This document shows, one piece after another, positions 51,275 through 64,000 of a stretch of DNA of 64,000 nucleotides; within the stretch, counting starts at the first letter, position 1; the number at the start of each line of letters is the position of its first letter. Made by a program: the position numbers and the translations under genes. Below the pieces are notes generated by a model, which was not told the origin of the DNA, did no database searches, and saw only the letters and a program-made list of their open reading frames with translations. The stretch is from Lepidodermella squamata (lineage: Eukaryota; Animalia; Gastrotricha), in the NCBI GenBank assembly GCA_047495785.1, contig JBLDXI010000004.1:558001-622000 (forward strand). Reading direction: 5' to 3'.

Positions 51275-54055
51275 TGTAGTTCGAGTTTCGGGTTTCTACG
51301 AAGCTCGATTTTTTGGCCCTTGCGCTTCCTCAATAACCATTTTCATGCGAAAAAAATTGGCTACGCTTTCCATGTGACGTAGATGTTGACAGACGCAGCA
51401 CTACCCCCGATTTTTTGCCCGATAACATCGCGAAAAAGATAATGCCAAGGTTGGTTTTATTGAGCTGATGAGGATAATACTGTCAATGATTAATATATAA
51501 AAAATGTTTTATTGGAAATTTGTTTATGTGCGATCACAGCCCTTCCTGTTGTCCGCTTAAAATTTAAATGTCGACGGGAGCGAGGCGGTAAAAATCATAA
51601 TTTCAATATCACTAGTTTTTCTCATCGAAATACGTAAAAAATATAGCATACCATCCCTAGCATTTTTTCTCTTTTTTTCTTAATTTTTTTTATTTTCGGA
51701 TATGCTATTTTTTATTTTTGTGTTTTTCTGAGAACAGTCCAAATTAAAAACAGAATAATTTTTCTGTGTAGGTTTTTACGTAATTTACATGGTTCACTTT
51801 TTTAATCATAATAATCAAAGAAATTAACTACTTGACTAATTTTCATTTATTTTTCCGTATTTAGGCAGTTCGCATGAACGAACGTAATACAGCGATCTGA
51901 ACTGGCTTCATTCCGATGTCGCTGGCGGCGATTATGGCCAAGCTGGTACAAAGGAGACATTTGCTCGAATTCCTTCACGAATGACTGGCTCAGTGTTCCC
52001 ATCGTTCCCATCGTTCACGCTCGATCCGCATTTAAGAATTATCGCAACTTCAGTATCGACGTCAAGTAATAGCGAGTCACCAACTATTCGAAAAATGAGA
52101 CACTCGAAAGCACGCTATTTAACTCTTGTCTAACCGCCGGAACTCGCCGAATTCGAAACCGACAGCCTCGACGTGTTTAATCCGTTTTCAACCTGATCAG
52201 CACGAAGTTGCAAGCGTTTCATCGCCAGCGAAGCGGCGGAATAACAGCCGACGGGTTTACAACGAGCATCGGTCGTCTAGGAAGCGGGTAATCCGAGGGA
52301 TAGGAAGATCCATGGCGCGCAAACTTGACTACGAAATTTTTATCAGGTAATTTTTGTAATAATTCTTCATTCTTCAATATACGATTGCTACCGTAGTTTT
52401 TCCGTAGTTTTACCACAAGTACTACAGAATGACTACGGTAAAAAAATATCAACAAAATACGTCCCAGTCGCCTTGAAAAAAGTGAAATGAAGTTTTCGAA
52501 CTATTTTCAAGTGGAGACTTGTATGTCTCGTCAGGTATAAACGTCTAAAATTCAATTAACAGGTGGTAACAGTTTGAGGTAAAATCCCACGAGTAAGTCG
52601 GGGGCGCTGTTTTTGCGTTTTTGACGCGTTATTCCCGCCAAGTAGTGGCGACCGGGAGCTTGAAATCTATCAGGGTTATAGAACTGAGGATGCTCTATTC
52701 GTCTGTCATGGTCAGAATTACTTTTCTCTCGTGAGGAAATATGCGGAGAAAAATAACCGAAAAAACCCGAAATTTGGGATCCTACCTTCAAGTTCAGGAT
52801 CCGAGACTGGAAACTTTGTCCTCGCTCGCTTCAGCGTAGCTGGGCTATCCTCGAAAATACGACTCCGCTTGAAGAAGCTTGAAGAAGCTTGTGAGGCTGT
52901 TCCATCACTAGCATTCGATGCTTTGAGTGCTGATGGTGCTGTAACCCTGTTCGAGGGTTCTCTCGGTTTTGTTTGAAAGTAATTGAAAGTAATTTGCGCC
53001 AGATCCTGGTGGTGATCCTTGGTAGATCGTGAGAGAACTAATGATGTTTCGAGCGACCGTCCCGCGGTAGTTGACTGAAATGCGACTGAGAGCCCAGTTC
53101 ATAGGATGGTTTCATGAAATTATTGCAAAAGTGGATGTTAATTGCGAGTTTTTCAAGCCAAAATGACGGGTATTTGAATTGGCGTCGAGTTCCACTCTGG
53201 GTCTAACATTTACGTTCGGAATTTAGGAGAACTGAGCCAGCTTTTCATCGTGATTCTCCATTTTGCCTGTAGAGGGTCAAAATGACGTATCTGCTATAGG
53301 TACCGACTGATATTTGTATGTTGTCGCTTGTCAGGCTGAGGGCAAGCCCATCATAATCACGCGATTGGGTAGATTTATTTGCAAATTTGGAGACTCCCCT
53401 TCAACCTCGGCATGCGAGGCTGAGATCGTCGTTTCCTTCGATCGGGCATGAGATATTCTTTGCAGCTAAGCGAGACGCTTGCGATTTATCAGTTTTCAGA
53501 ATTAATTGACGTAAAGTATAGGGTTATAACTATTGGGAAGTCTCGATTTTTCATTTCTTTACTGAATTTCAAATTGATACTTGATTTGAACGGAAAACCT
53601 AAAATTATTCGATGTTGAATTGTTCACGAAATAAATTTTCATTTTCCTAGATTTTGGTCGCCGAATGGAATACTGCTCAACTGATTGTTCCGTGGATGCG
53701 TTGACATGGAGACTAACTGGCTGCGGTCTTACAAACCGGCTTACACTGAATGTACCCTTAAGAAGCGACATGCCGTAAACTGAAATGATGCAAGCTGGAA
53801 CTAGTCCTATCGAAAACTATTTCTCTCTGTTCTCATCAACACCCAATGTCAATTTCCGTCGATTTTTCATGCATTTTGAAATAAAAAAGGATGTGATATA
53901 TTCCTTACTTTTTGTCTCCCATGCTCAACTGTAGAAATTCACAATTTCTAACTCGATTTCACCTCATAAATCCACCTCAAAAAAAGAATTAATGACGGTA
54001 ACTCATTAAAGTATAGGATTTGTTGCTAGAATAACTACTTCAAAAACTCTATCCA

Positions 54056-54246
54056 ACCCTGATTTCGGCCATCTCGTAAATTCGGCCACCCACTGTGACC
54101 AAAAAACTGCTGTAAAGCACTTGGTGTCCAAATTTCGGCCATAATTCGGCAGAAAAATCGGTTCAAAACTAAAAATGTGAATTATTGGGCAAAATATAAT
54201 TGTTGGCAAAGTGGGGAAAACCTCATGAAGTGGCCGAATTTAGGGC
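54056..54246. mobile_element. Probable decayed MITE
   Basis: CCCTGATTTCGGCCA ... TGGCCGAATTTAGGG imperfect TIR with internal TTCGGCCA repeats. Confidence 0.45.
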
Positions 54247-55294
54247 GCGATGCTCTTATAGGCTGATTACAGGAATTGCCATCATAACTACGTGTTGTTG
54301 CCACGCACGTGTCACCAAGACTTGTAATCGCTGGTTATATAAATGGCATGAAAGTCTGACGCCGATTAACTCAACTGAACTAGCCAAACTAATATTTTGC
54401 AAAACTTGAAAGTTTGTTGCGATTTTTATACATTTTGTTCAGCTCCATGGTTATAAACCAACATAGTTTACGCCCGAGACCCTGTCCTTCCCCTCAATTT
54501 TTCGGCACCACGCACTATGGCGATGGTGAAATGAAAGAGGCCATTCGCGCACTTCGTAAAAACACCCGGCCGCCCAATTTACCAACCGTAGCACGTCGAC
54601 CTATTTATTCTGTAATTAATCAAATAGCCCTACGAATAGCGTCGATCCTAAGTAAACCGGCGACTAAATTAGAAGGCGCAGACCTGAAGGCAGGGCGTGT
54701 TTCTGTGCCATGCCGCTTCGCAAATTTTCACGACATAAACCCCAGGTATTTTTTTCTGTTATTTAGAATAATTGAAATAAATGAAAAAATGTTTAAATTT
54801 TAATTAAAACCCTAAATTGTTAAAAATAATTTAAAAAAAATTACTGGCCTCAAATTTGCCTATATATGGAACTAATCATTTTTTCGCGATGCCTTTTGTT
54901 TCTTAGAACCCATCATCGGTTGGCGAAATCGTTCGAGATGGAAAGAAAGGCTTCCTTCAATCTGATAAAGGTTACAGAAGCTGAATTTTCGTTATGGCCA
55001 CGAAAGATTAGCCGCATTTTTCCAATCAAGCTACGCTGGCGAGGTCTGAAGACTGGGAATAATGACTGGGGTGATATTGTTGTTGTCTTTAAATATTATT
55101 AGGGCGTGTAATTTTAATAGCTATTTTACTAAAATTGCTCAAATATGCTCTGATTTCCGCTTAATTTCTCCCGCATTCCCAGCCTCGTTTATACATAGTT
55201 ACCTATACATTTGGTGATTCGCGCCTTGTAAATTTTTGTTGAAAATAATTATTAAACTTCTCTAAAGAAATAAAATTCGTGGACATATTCTTCG

Positions 55295-55315
55295 GAGAGA
55301 GAGAGAGAGAGAGAG
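55295..55315. repeat. (GA)10 microsatellite
   Basis: Direct reading. Confidence 0.95.
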
Positions 55316-56164
55316 TGGGAGAGAAACAAGACAGCATGCAGACAATAAAAGCCTAAATATTTCAACGCATAAAAGCAGGATGAAATTTGACGAGACGTAA
55401 TCGGCCGCTAAATATAGAGATATGCACGTAATCACCGACTAGAACAATGTGACCTCTTTTCAGATTTCCATGCAGCCTGCGGTCGAGTTGAAAATTTTTA
55501 CGATTTCCACGGAATCGGACGAAAATTAGGACGCAAAATCAAAGGGGGTTCCCTATATCAACGTACAATTTCGCAATTTTGATAACTCTTACTATCACTG
55601 TCTCCAATATTATTTTTAAATTGTTTAGTATTTTCAAATTAAAATTATTGTAATTGTTTAATATTTCCTCTCACTTGTTGTCGATATATTTTTCTCCACA
55701 AGTTTCACCAAATTATTTTCAGTGATTGAATACGTTAGATTTTGGGCTTATACCTTCGATTAGGCACATTTATTTTTTGCAACATTAATTCAGGCCAATT
55801 CGCTCAACGATTTTTGTTTTTATCACCAAACCATAACAAGGAAGAAGATCGCGGGATTATTTAGAACGACTTTTTTTCTTAGGCGATGATAAGATTTTTA
55901 TTATTTATTTCGTTCAAAGCGGCGGACAGGTAATTTATAAGTCCTAAGCATCAGCAAACTAGTATAATTTTTCTTCATTTTATATGGCTTGAATTTGCAT
56001 AAAAATCTGAGGTTTAAACTGGAATTTCTTGCCGAATATCTGCCGTACTAAGTTAGAATTGTTAACTCAAGGTGAAACTATTCTGCATTTGATTTTTTTG
56101 CTTTTTTGGGCCTAATCATCACATAATAATAATAATAATATAGCGCAATAAATTATAACAAGAA

Positions 56165-56563
56165 TTAATCGTCGCATAAGGCAAAAAGTCGCTCCAAGGA
56201 AATTCCGCGATCTTCTTCCATCTTGTCCACTGGTTGGACTGGTTCTCCTGACTCCGCTGGCCCCGGTTCCGCTGGCCCACTCACCCCGCCGTGATTTTCG
56301 ATGTACGGCCAGCATTGGCGGCAAATGCCCGGCCTTCCGGGACAAGTGACGCACCGCTGCGTCGCCTTGCGACATTTTTTGCCCGCCTCCTCTGCAGAGA
56401 AGCCAAGATCGAGCCTTAGCCGGTCATAGCAGGGGATGCAACGCACCTGCTTGTGCAGGCGATCCTTGTGAGCCTCGGTCAGCTCCGCCACATGCTCGTG
56501 CTGGACAACTTTCGTGGGAACAGTTGGCGCGTCTTCGCAATCGAAATTATACACATCGCATTC
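56165..56563 (-). pseudogene. Isolated C-terminal exon of a piggyBac (PGBD4-like) transposase: Cys-rich domain
   Basis: H......RCIPCY...G....A.KK..K....CVTC...P..CRQCW...H pattern after a TAG acceptor; no DDD core visible. Confidence 0.65.
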
Positions 56564-59500
56564 CTATAATTTTTGACATAATAATATATTAAGGAAAAAT
56601 GAATACAATCTTAATAGCGAATAAAAAATCTTGTCAAAATTGAATAGCCTTTCCCCTTTTCCCCCCATTTGATATAAATAAATATCGCAAAATAGCCCTT
56701 TGAAAATATATTTACCGGTCCAAAAGTCAGCTGATGGTTATACTCTAGCTTAAAAGCTATCATTCGGCCTTGAGATGTGATCTGAGGTAGACGAGTGTTG
56801 GCGAATTCTTCCTTCTTTTGGCGAGAATTTTTGTTTGACATTTAGTTATTATAAAGGCGTTATAAAGAAACAGCAATCCGATTTTCAAGATATTCAAGTG
56901 CTATCTAGGGCCACAAACAATCAGTTACTTATGTACCATAGTTTTATGATACCACGTGTTTCATTAAAATATACAACTAATGAAAGAAAGCGTCATGAAA
57001 TTGAAAATTTTTCGCAGCGCAAATGCAATCTTGTATATAGGCGTGATTTTTTTAATTTCAAATTTTCAAATTTTAATTTCCCTTGCGAGTTATTCGGCTT
57101 TATTTGATATTATTAGGGGAATTGATTACTGATATTTCGACCTCGTATACAGTTTGTACTGTTGTGAATCGCAAGTATTATTGTCGAGTTTTTTTTAAAT
57201 TGGCAGACAATTCATGTAATTTTTCCCTCAACTTTTGCGAGACTGGAATAATTTAGGATGATCCTTATTTAAGATTCGGCTAAAAAAGCAGTAATGACAG
57301 CCAGGCGAAAAACAGATAGTAATTTAGTTGATTATTTTCGAATCTACGTAAATGGACCGGGGCTCGTTTCGCTTTTTCGTCATTTTTCGCCACACCGGCA
57401 AATCGGATTTTTTTCTAAAAATAACCACCCATAAGAAAGCCGAGATCGCCTCATTACGTGTCCAGATTATACAACAAATCACAATAATCGTTCCACATGC
57501 CTATGACGTCACCTAAAAAGCCTGTTATTGCGAGGGTGCCGTAACGATTAGACTTTGTCTCTCATTTTACATTCTTTTCGGGCAGTATTTTTCCGTATTT
57601 TGTACACATCCTTCACTCACTCTATCACGCTGCGGAAAAACTCGCATTTAAAGTGCTAGTTGTTCCGTAACGTGAACACCCTTTGCGAACAACTAGTTCT
57701 AGTTCAATTCAAAAAAATTGTCACTCATTTTCCTCTTATATTCCTAAGAAATTCGGGCTTTTCCCCCAATATTTAGTAACTGTGCCGTAGCAATGAAAAC
57801 ACTATTTTTCATGTGTTCTCCAGGCGCGATCTCCATTCATACCCAAATCTATTTTTTTCCGGGCTGGTAATATGGGGAAACTTGATACTGCCAGGAACCT
57901 AGTACCGCGCCTAAACATCGATTTTTATCGGTCGAATTATATCGGCTAATACATAAAGTTCGATGTTTTTTCTTCTCCTTCCATCCCTAACAGCTGCATA
58001 TCAGGTATTTGAAAATGTTGCCACTTTTCATCCATCAGTATTAGTTCATCAGTTTAAATGATTTCCATTTTTTTGGCCTGTTCAAAGCCTCGCCCCGCTC
58101 GAAACAGCAACAAAATTTCACCGAAACCATGCTCTCAATATATACATTTTCGGCTAGTAATAAATTTCTTCCTCCAGGGGGCGGGATTTCCCCATTTTTT
58201 TCTGCTCCATTTATCAACCTCGCAAAAATTTGCGAGCGGGGAAAACTTTTTACATCCGACCGATGTGTTTTTTCATCCGACAACCAAAACTGACTGAAAC
58301 CTGGCGACTTGCTTTTTCATATTTTCAAAAAATTACAGTAAAAAAGAGACTACTCGCATCGCCATGAATCTTTCACCGTAAAATTCTGCCGGTTCAAGGG
58401 GCAAAATAGGGTGCATAAAAGGGGTTTGCCCCTACGGAAGAAATCGAACTCGGGGGAAAATCGAGAAAAATTGATATCGTCATGTCAGATGATTTTAGTC
58501 ACATTTTTTGTTTTTGAAATAAGATATTCGTCGTTTTTTAACCAGTGCCGGGGGTTGGCGTCCCTCGTTAACGCAGTGTCTAATTTAGCGCATTTTTCGG
58601 ACAGATTACGATTACGCAAATAAGCGAATTCGAAAAATTTAATTTCCGTTTTCGTTTTTTTTTTAGTTTATTGAAAATTCTCTCCTTGTAAATTACCGCC
58701 AAAATGAGTCATAATTAAAAAAATAAGGCTGAACGTTTAACGAAAGCATCGACCACTCGGTCACGTGTAAGGTTACTCGTTTTAAACAAAGCCAAAATTA
58801 TTCAAAATTTGAGAACTTTGATAAAAATTAATTTATTCAGGTCCCGAAGTCCTCAAGTGAAGTACTGAAATTACGAATTATTTTAAATTTTAATAAGAGG
58901 TAACTAACGCGAGAGATCGCGTTGAATGGCAAATTTTTTCGGATATCATACTTTTAAGCCGCAGGTATACGATAAATAAAACACCCTGCGCGCGCTATTA
59001 TCGTTGTGAAAAATTAAAGACAACTTAAGCCTTGTTTTCACAGGCTTCTGATAATAATTTTCCACCGCAAAGATTGCACTTTTTATTAATTCATTCTACG
59101 TTTTTTCGCCTGTCTCGCGCAGAATAACAGCTCTGAATGATGCGTAAGGAAAAAATTTCACAAAGTCATTCACGCAAACAATTAATGAGAACATTCGTGT
59201 AAATTTCGCCAGCCAGGCACCAAATTGATCGCCCATCTCCGGCCAAGAAATCAGCATAGAACACCCTCGGCTGATGGCAGGAAATTACTGCCGAAAGCAA
59301 ATATTAGGGCGATTTATTTCGATCTCGCAGGGATGGGATCATTCTTAGGATTTTTGGCTCATCGCTGTCATTCGGATCATTCCATCGCCAATCCGTAAGA
59401 ATTATCCTCTGCCAAAAAATTCCATCCAATTTTTTTCAGTAATTTTTTTCACACAGTCAGCTGTCGCCTCGGCCATCTGAAAAATTGAACGAAAATCAAA

Positions 59501-60519
59501 ACTAGCGACTTTCTGCTACTCATGCTGCTGGCAAGAACCAATTCGAGTCCGCGGCAAAGATGGCAGCGTTTAAAAACACAAAACCAATAATTTCCTGAAA
59601 GTTCTCTATTTGTAATGAAATTCGTGCCACTCCACTGCGGTGCAATTTTTCTGTTGATATTTGAACCTGGAAAAAATATAAAAGGATGTTGATAAATCTC
59701 TTGATAACTCGATAACATTGCCGTGAAAAATTCGTACCGAAGTAAAATATTATTTGATCACTAAATGATATCTTCACGCAGGAGCATTTTTGAACAAGAA
59801 AAATACAGCAAGTACATGAAACCCGTATAATGTTGCTGAACAAATTTTGAAAATTGGTAACGGCCGCCGACTGAAATCTCAGGCTCTGAAAATCGACGCT
59901 GTTCATCAGTCAACATAACATCGGGAAATTTAAATTAAAATGGAAAGTGTCGAAACTACCGCAAAAAAAGAACAAAAATCCGTTTTTTAGTTTTTTAGCC
60001 GAATACTTTTCATATATCGCAAAAATGTAAAAAAAAATAAAAATATTTTCTAAAAATATGATCGGATAATTTTTATCTAATTTTTATTTTTTTTCGTAAA
60101 AATTCATTTCGTTTTTTGATGCAATTTTTTCATTCATTATATCGATTAATATTATTAATTACATCAAGTTTTTGAAAGGATATTAAATAATTTACAACAA
60201 TTGAGTTTTTAATGACATAATTTAATTTAATTGCATCATAAGTTGGGTAATTAAATAATGAGAATAAATATGTGAACGAAATCAGAGATTTATAAACGGA
60301 AAGTCGCATATTTTGCGCAAATTTCACGACGCGCATCGCAACCAGCGGAAACTGTCGGCGGTAGCAGAATAGCGGACTTATGCGCAGTCACAATTTTGCG
60401 CCATCTCCCGAAATTCTGATATTCTGACTTAGAGAAAATTTCTTCACGCCCGGCGAAAATAAACTCAAGCATGTTACGCTCACTATTACGCGGTGATATA
60501 GAGGAACAATGCTCGACCC

Positions 60520-61574
60520 ATGGGATCTTTTTTCCTTCGACTTTGTGAACGGCGGCGCCCGTATGAGACGATCCAAGACAATCGGCCCAAACACGTGGCG
60601 CCGAAGAAGAAGTCATTTGAAAAGATTATCGTCAAGACTGAACCGAACTGTGATCGAAAACAATTATGGTCAAGAATAGTGGCGGCGGCTCCGGACGCTG
60701 GCTTTCAGGGCTGTAAGCAGACAGCCGAAGGGCTGGAGAAACGTCTCGTTTAGAGCGATCAATCTGCGCAGCTCTGCAAGAAGTTGGCTATCGACGGGGC
60801 CAAAGCCATTCCGCAACGGCCGGCTAAATACCGTGTCGTTCTGACTAATTTCGACACGGCGTCACGGCGACCCACATTACGGCTGCCTTTGGCGACAAAC
60901 TGGCGAAGACGGTTACCCTTCGGGGTGACCAACTGATGTTCGAACTTACTGACTTTGATCTGGCGGAGCGAGCGGTGAAGACCGGCCTGGCCGTCAAGCC
61001 GTTCCTACTTCGTTTCCGATGGTTCGTTGTGAAACCTCCTGATGTTACGCAGTGCTACCGATGCCAGCTATACGGCCACATGGCGCGAGCCTGCACTGAA
61101 GAAGAAAGATGTCTGAGATGTGGTCGACCACACAACGTGAAGACCTGTTTGCGAGCTGTTTGCTGCTGCAATTGCGGTGGCAAGCATGCCGCGAACTCGA
61201 GGGAATGCCCTCTGCGCCCGTCTTCGGCGGGCTGAAACAAACACGCATGTGGGAAATGGTGATTTCGCAAGAAATTGCCATTTCAAGACGGGTCGAGTCG
61301 TAACTGGGATTTCTAAGAAATCCTAGTTGCCACTGCTCAAAATTGGGGAAAATTCTCAAGGAAAGGGATAGTTTGGGATTCCAACACGGTGGGGTGGTCC
61401 TGGGTGTGGGTGGAGACGGCGGGTGGTTAAGAGGGTCCCACCACTTGGCACACATGATGACCCCGCCGGTCCGCACGTGATCTTCCATAACAGTGACGCT
61501 GTAGGGGCGACCTTGATTTGCCCGACCGGCGTGGCTCTTCTGAGCCAAATGCCCCAGTAGGTTAGGGGGGGGGG
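60520..61574 (+). mobile_element. Gag/ORF1-only non-LTR retroelement derivative (three CCHC knuckles), with a stop and a frameshift, ending in a G10 tail
   Basis: CYRCQLYGHMARAC, CLRCGRPHNVKTC, CCNCGGKHAANSREC (typical of I/Jockey/R1 ORF1); no ORF2; ~340 bp to the tail shared with 40884-40984. The 5' boundary is uncertain. Confidence 0.8.
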
Positions 61575-62024
61575 AGCTAATAATTCCAATAACTCAAGAA
61601 AACTGGAACGAATGAAATCGGTCTAATTTTATGAGTATCAATGTGTATCAAAACAATTTCCTAAAAAAATCACGATTTATATCCTAATTTGATCATGCTA
61701 ATAATGCTGGTAAATTTCAAGAGATTTTCTGGCCGGGAAAAAGCTAAAAAATGAGGAGTCTTTAGTTGACCTGAGGAAAAATCTGCAAATCAAGGAGATA
61801 AAAGATTGAAGGGCATTTTTATAGTTATTGAAATGAATTGCTGATTTTGTCTGATAAACTGGCGTAATTTCTGATGGAAGAGTTTAACAAAAGCACGACG
61901 GCTCTCAGCGCGACTTGAGTGGCAGCTAATCCACACACTCTGTTGCATAATCAAAGTCATTTCAAAACCACAAGAACTGTAACAGGGGTTCGACACTAGG
62001 CAAGAGACGGCAGAAGTGGTAATC

Positions 62025-63632
62025 TCACAACTTGCGGATGCGCTTAACGCGATTGACGCGACTGTGGATCGGGCTGTGCCGCAGGCTGCTGCCGATGTCG
62101 CAATTGATGGCGGCGATGACAATAACGACGAGGATGCGCCGCAACGTGTTCCGTGACATCACTCCAACACCGATATAGAACAGTCGACCGTAGAGTTGTG
62201 AGATAACCAGGGTTTCCAACACAGTGTTATTCGACTGATTCGTATTCACCGTAAAATCGAGCTCGTCAACACTTGCAATTTCGATTGGCGCCATCGAAAG
62301 ATTGTCCATACAGTTGGATCCAACAACCATCAGCGGTAGCTCGTCGGCAACTTGGAGCGAGCCACCACACGGAATTTGCATCACCGTACCAGCCGGTGCC
62401 AACTCCTCGGAAACGTTCTCCCCTTTCGTAAACTTGACCCGGGCATCTCCAGTCAACAACACGGTATCTCCACTGATTCGAATCGTTTTTAATCTCGGGC
62501 ACACCACTGACTCGCCATGCGCCAGAACATCGAGTGAATGGGCGTTCGGCCGAACTGTAACTCGGGATTGGCTTGCGGCGTTATCGCAAAGATAGGTTCT
62601 GGCGTTGGCTTGATGACATTGTGCCAGCCGGCTCTCTTCAAAATAAAAGTACTTGTCAACACATTTCAAAATTAACTTGCCCTTGTAAGCGTCTTCGGCA
62701 GGTCCTACACAACCGCGGTTTGTTTTCAACGTCACTGGTGACAATCGGAAGACATGGCAATTCTCCATCGCGACGATTGGTAGCGACGCCCTTAGTTGGA
62801 AGCTTACTTGTGACTGCTCGGTAACCCACTGGAAGTGTGGTCGTTGGAAGATCGGTGCGTGCCCTAGGACCATCGCCCGCGTAAGTTCCGAACCGTTAAT
62901 GTGGTTGATCGCAGAGATGACGACTGTTTCGAATTTAGCACGTACAGCGTTCGGCAAATCGCTGACTGCAAAGCTTCCCATGCGACTTGCAGCCTTCAAC
63001 CGTTCGATCTGGTCCCAAACGGTGCGTTGTTCGACGAAATTCGATAAATGCCACACTGCTAGTAGTAATTGAGAATCGACCGCATTGCCCACTCCACCTT
63101 GATAATAATTAGTGAGAAAATCCTCAATGTCGCCCACTTCACTATGGAGTTGATGAGCCTCCGTCGACAGTGTTGCCGTCTGGTCATTGATTATTCGGGC
63201 TACGGTGTTTTCGCGTTGAAGGGTGTTGGCTTCATCGAGTAGCGCTTCTTTGGCGCCCCTGCCCAATATCGAGCATTTTCCATTGAAAAGTTCATAGAAC
63301 CATCGTAGCACCGCATACTCGCAAACGTCCCGTTTGGCTCGACGGTTGTCGTCGACGGTATCGGTGAATATTGGGGTTAGTTTGGGGAAATTGGCGTTCC
63401 ATTGGTCAATCATAGCTTTGAGGGCCTTCCACTTGAACATGCCGGCTCGGATATGGAGTGGTCGGAAGTGGAGGTCGTGGTGGAGGACAACAGGGACTTC
63501 AGTGTCATACCATGCGATCATTTCATGACTGCGACCAAGAAGTAACAGCTTCTGCCAAAATTCCTGCTCGACGGGCGTCGCTACCGTTCCAATTATCGTC
63601 GCACTCCATATAACATAAGATAAAATATTCAT
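62025..63632 (-). CDS. Env-like class I viral fusion glycoprotein (baculovirus F / errantivirus Env / paramyxovirus F-like)
   Basis: Intronless 535 aa; signal peptide; furin site RRAKR followed by a hydrophobic peptide; heptad-like helix; Cys-rich membrane-proximal half; N-glycosylation sequons; C-terminal hydrophobic segment with a basic tail; splice acceptor directly before the ATG. Confidence 0.72.
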   Translation of the reverse strand: MNILSYVIWSATIIGTVATPVEQEFWQKLLLLGRSHEMIAWYDTEVPVVLHHDLHFRPLHIRAGMFKWKALKAMIDQWNANFPKLTPIFTDTVDDNRRAKRDVCEYAVLRWFYELFNGKCSILGRGAKEALLDEANTLQRENTVARIINDQTATLSTEAHQLHSEVGDIEDFLTNYYQGGVGNAVDSQLLLAVWHLSNFVEQRTVWDQIERLKAASRMGSFAVSDLPNAVRAKFETVVISAINHINGSELTRAMVLGHAPIFQRPHFQWVTEQSQVSFQLRASLPIVAMENCHVFRLSPVTLKTNRGCVGPAEDAYKGKLILKCVDKYFYFEESRLAQCHQANARTYLCDNAASQSRVTVRPNAHSLDVLAHGESVVCPRLKTIRISGDTVLLTGDARVKFTKGENVSEELAPAGTVMQIPCGGSLQVADELPLMVVGSNCMDNLSMAPIEIASVDELDFTVNTNQSNNTVLETLVISQLYGRLFYIGVGVMSRNTLRRILVVIVIAAINCDIGSSLRHSPIHSRVNRVKRIRKL

Positions 63633-63742
63633 CTAAAAACAAAACACATACACCTTGCGCTGGCGCTTGACGCCGCGCAGCAACCACTTTTTTTTAATCT
63701 TACTACATACTAAGGGTTTCGGGGTTACTGGTTACTACTGTT

Positions 63743-64000
63743 TCATTTGTGAATTGGCAATCCTTGTAGTAGTCGATCCGTTTCCTCCAGGAAGTCGTCC
63801 GTGAATGATCTGATCGGAATTACTCGTTCGTCACTTCTCGCCGGTGCAGGTTGCTCGACCGTCGGTCGCTCCGACTGTTCCTCGACATTGTGACTTGCCC
63901 AGAATTCTGGCCAATTGGTTGATTCGTCGGGGTCTTCAGCGATTACGTCGAGGTCGTCACTGCCAACATTTTCCGTCCATTGTTTAGTCGTTGTCGGTGG
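63743..64000 (-). CDS. 3' end of an upstream ORF (acidic tail; possibly pol/integrase C-terminus) running off the window
   Basis: 86 codons from the window edge (PPTTTKQW...GLPIHK*), same strand as env. Confidence 0.45.
   Translation of the reverse strand, partial: PPTTTKQWTENVGSDDLDVIAEDPDESTNWPEFWASHNVEEQSERPTVEQPAPARSDERVIPIRSFTDDFLEETDRLLQGLPIHK

Noticed and set aside
51860-53800. Degenerate coding region
   Set aside because: Short low-complexity frames on both strands with stops; product cannot be supported.
54085-54095. CACAGTG heptamer (reverse strand) as the RAG-like element end
   Set aside because: Lies inside an unrelated TTCGGCCA-repeat MITE.

Overview
Eukaryotic (metazoan) genomic DNA: AT-rich, short introns, many TTTCAG-type acceptors. 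It looks nematode-like, but the taxon cannot be proven from sequence. No rRNA, tRNA or CRISPR. The window is dominated by mobile DNA and rearrangement. (1) 1-10956: a large CMC/EnSpm(CACTA)-type DNA transposon carrying an intron-split transposase and a divergent, intact 9-exon coiled-coil + BEN-domain gene. The transposase is interrupted by a 5'-truncated Helitron flanked by a 314-bp direct duplication, and that Helitron carries its own small 2-exon orphan gene. (2) 12.7-19.6 kb: a head-to-head pair (plus a pseudogene) of secreted proteins built from a repeated Cys-rich module I do not recognise; one ends in a C-type lectin domain. (3) 20.5-25.5 kb: a pogo-like relic with a nested non-autonomous CMC element that holds a phased 62-bp array. 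(4) 25.7-37.5 kb: a triplication plus fold-back inversion of an atypical nuclear-receptor DBD gene (P-box CEACKK), one copy carrying an ATAT-TSD transposon. (5) A class A GPCR. (6) 42.7-46.3 kb: a decayed, intron-containing RAG1/Transib-like transposase with a SAP/HeH-like insert. (7) A piggyBac C-terminal exon, several hAT and Tc1/mariner MITEs, two non-LTR retroelement copies sharing a structured 3' tail that ends in poly(G) (one encodes only Gag), and a class I fusion-type Env ORF at the right edge. All protein-family assignments are motif recognition by eye; no searches were run.
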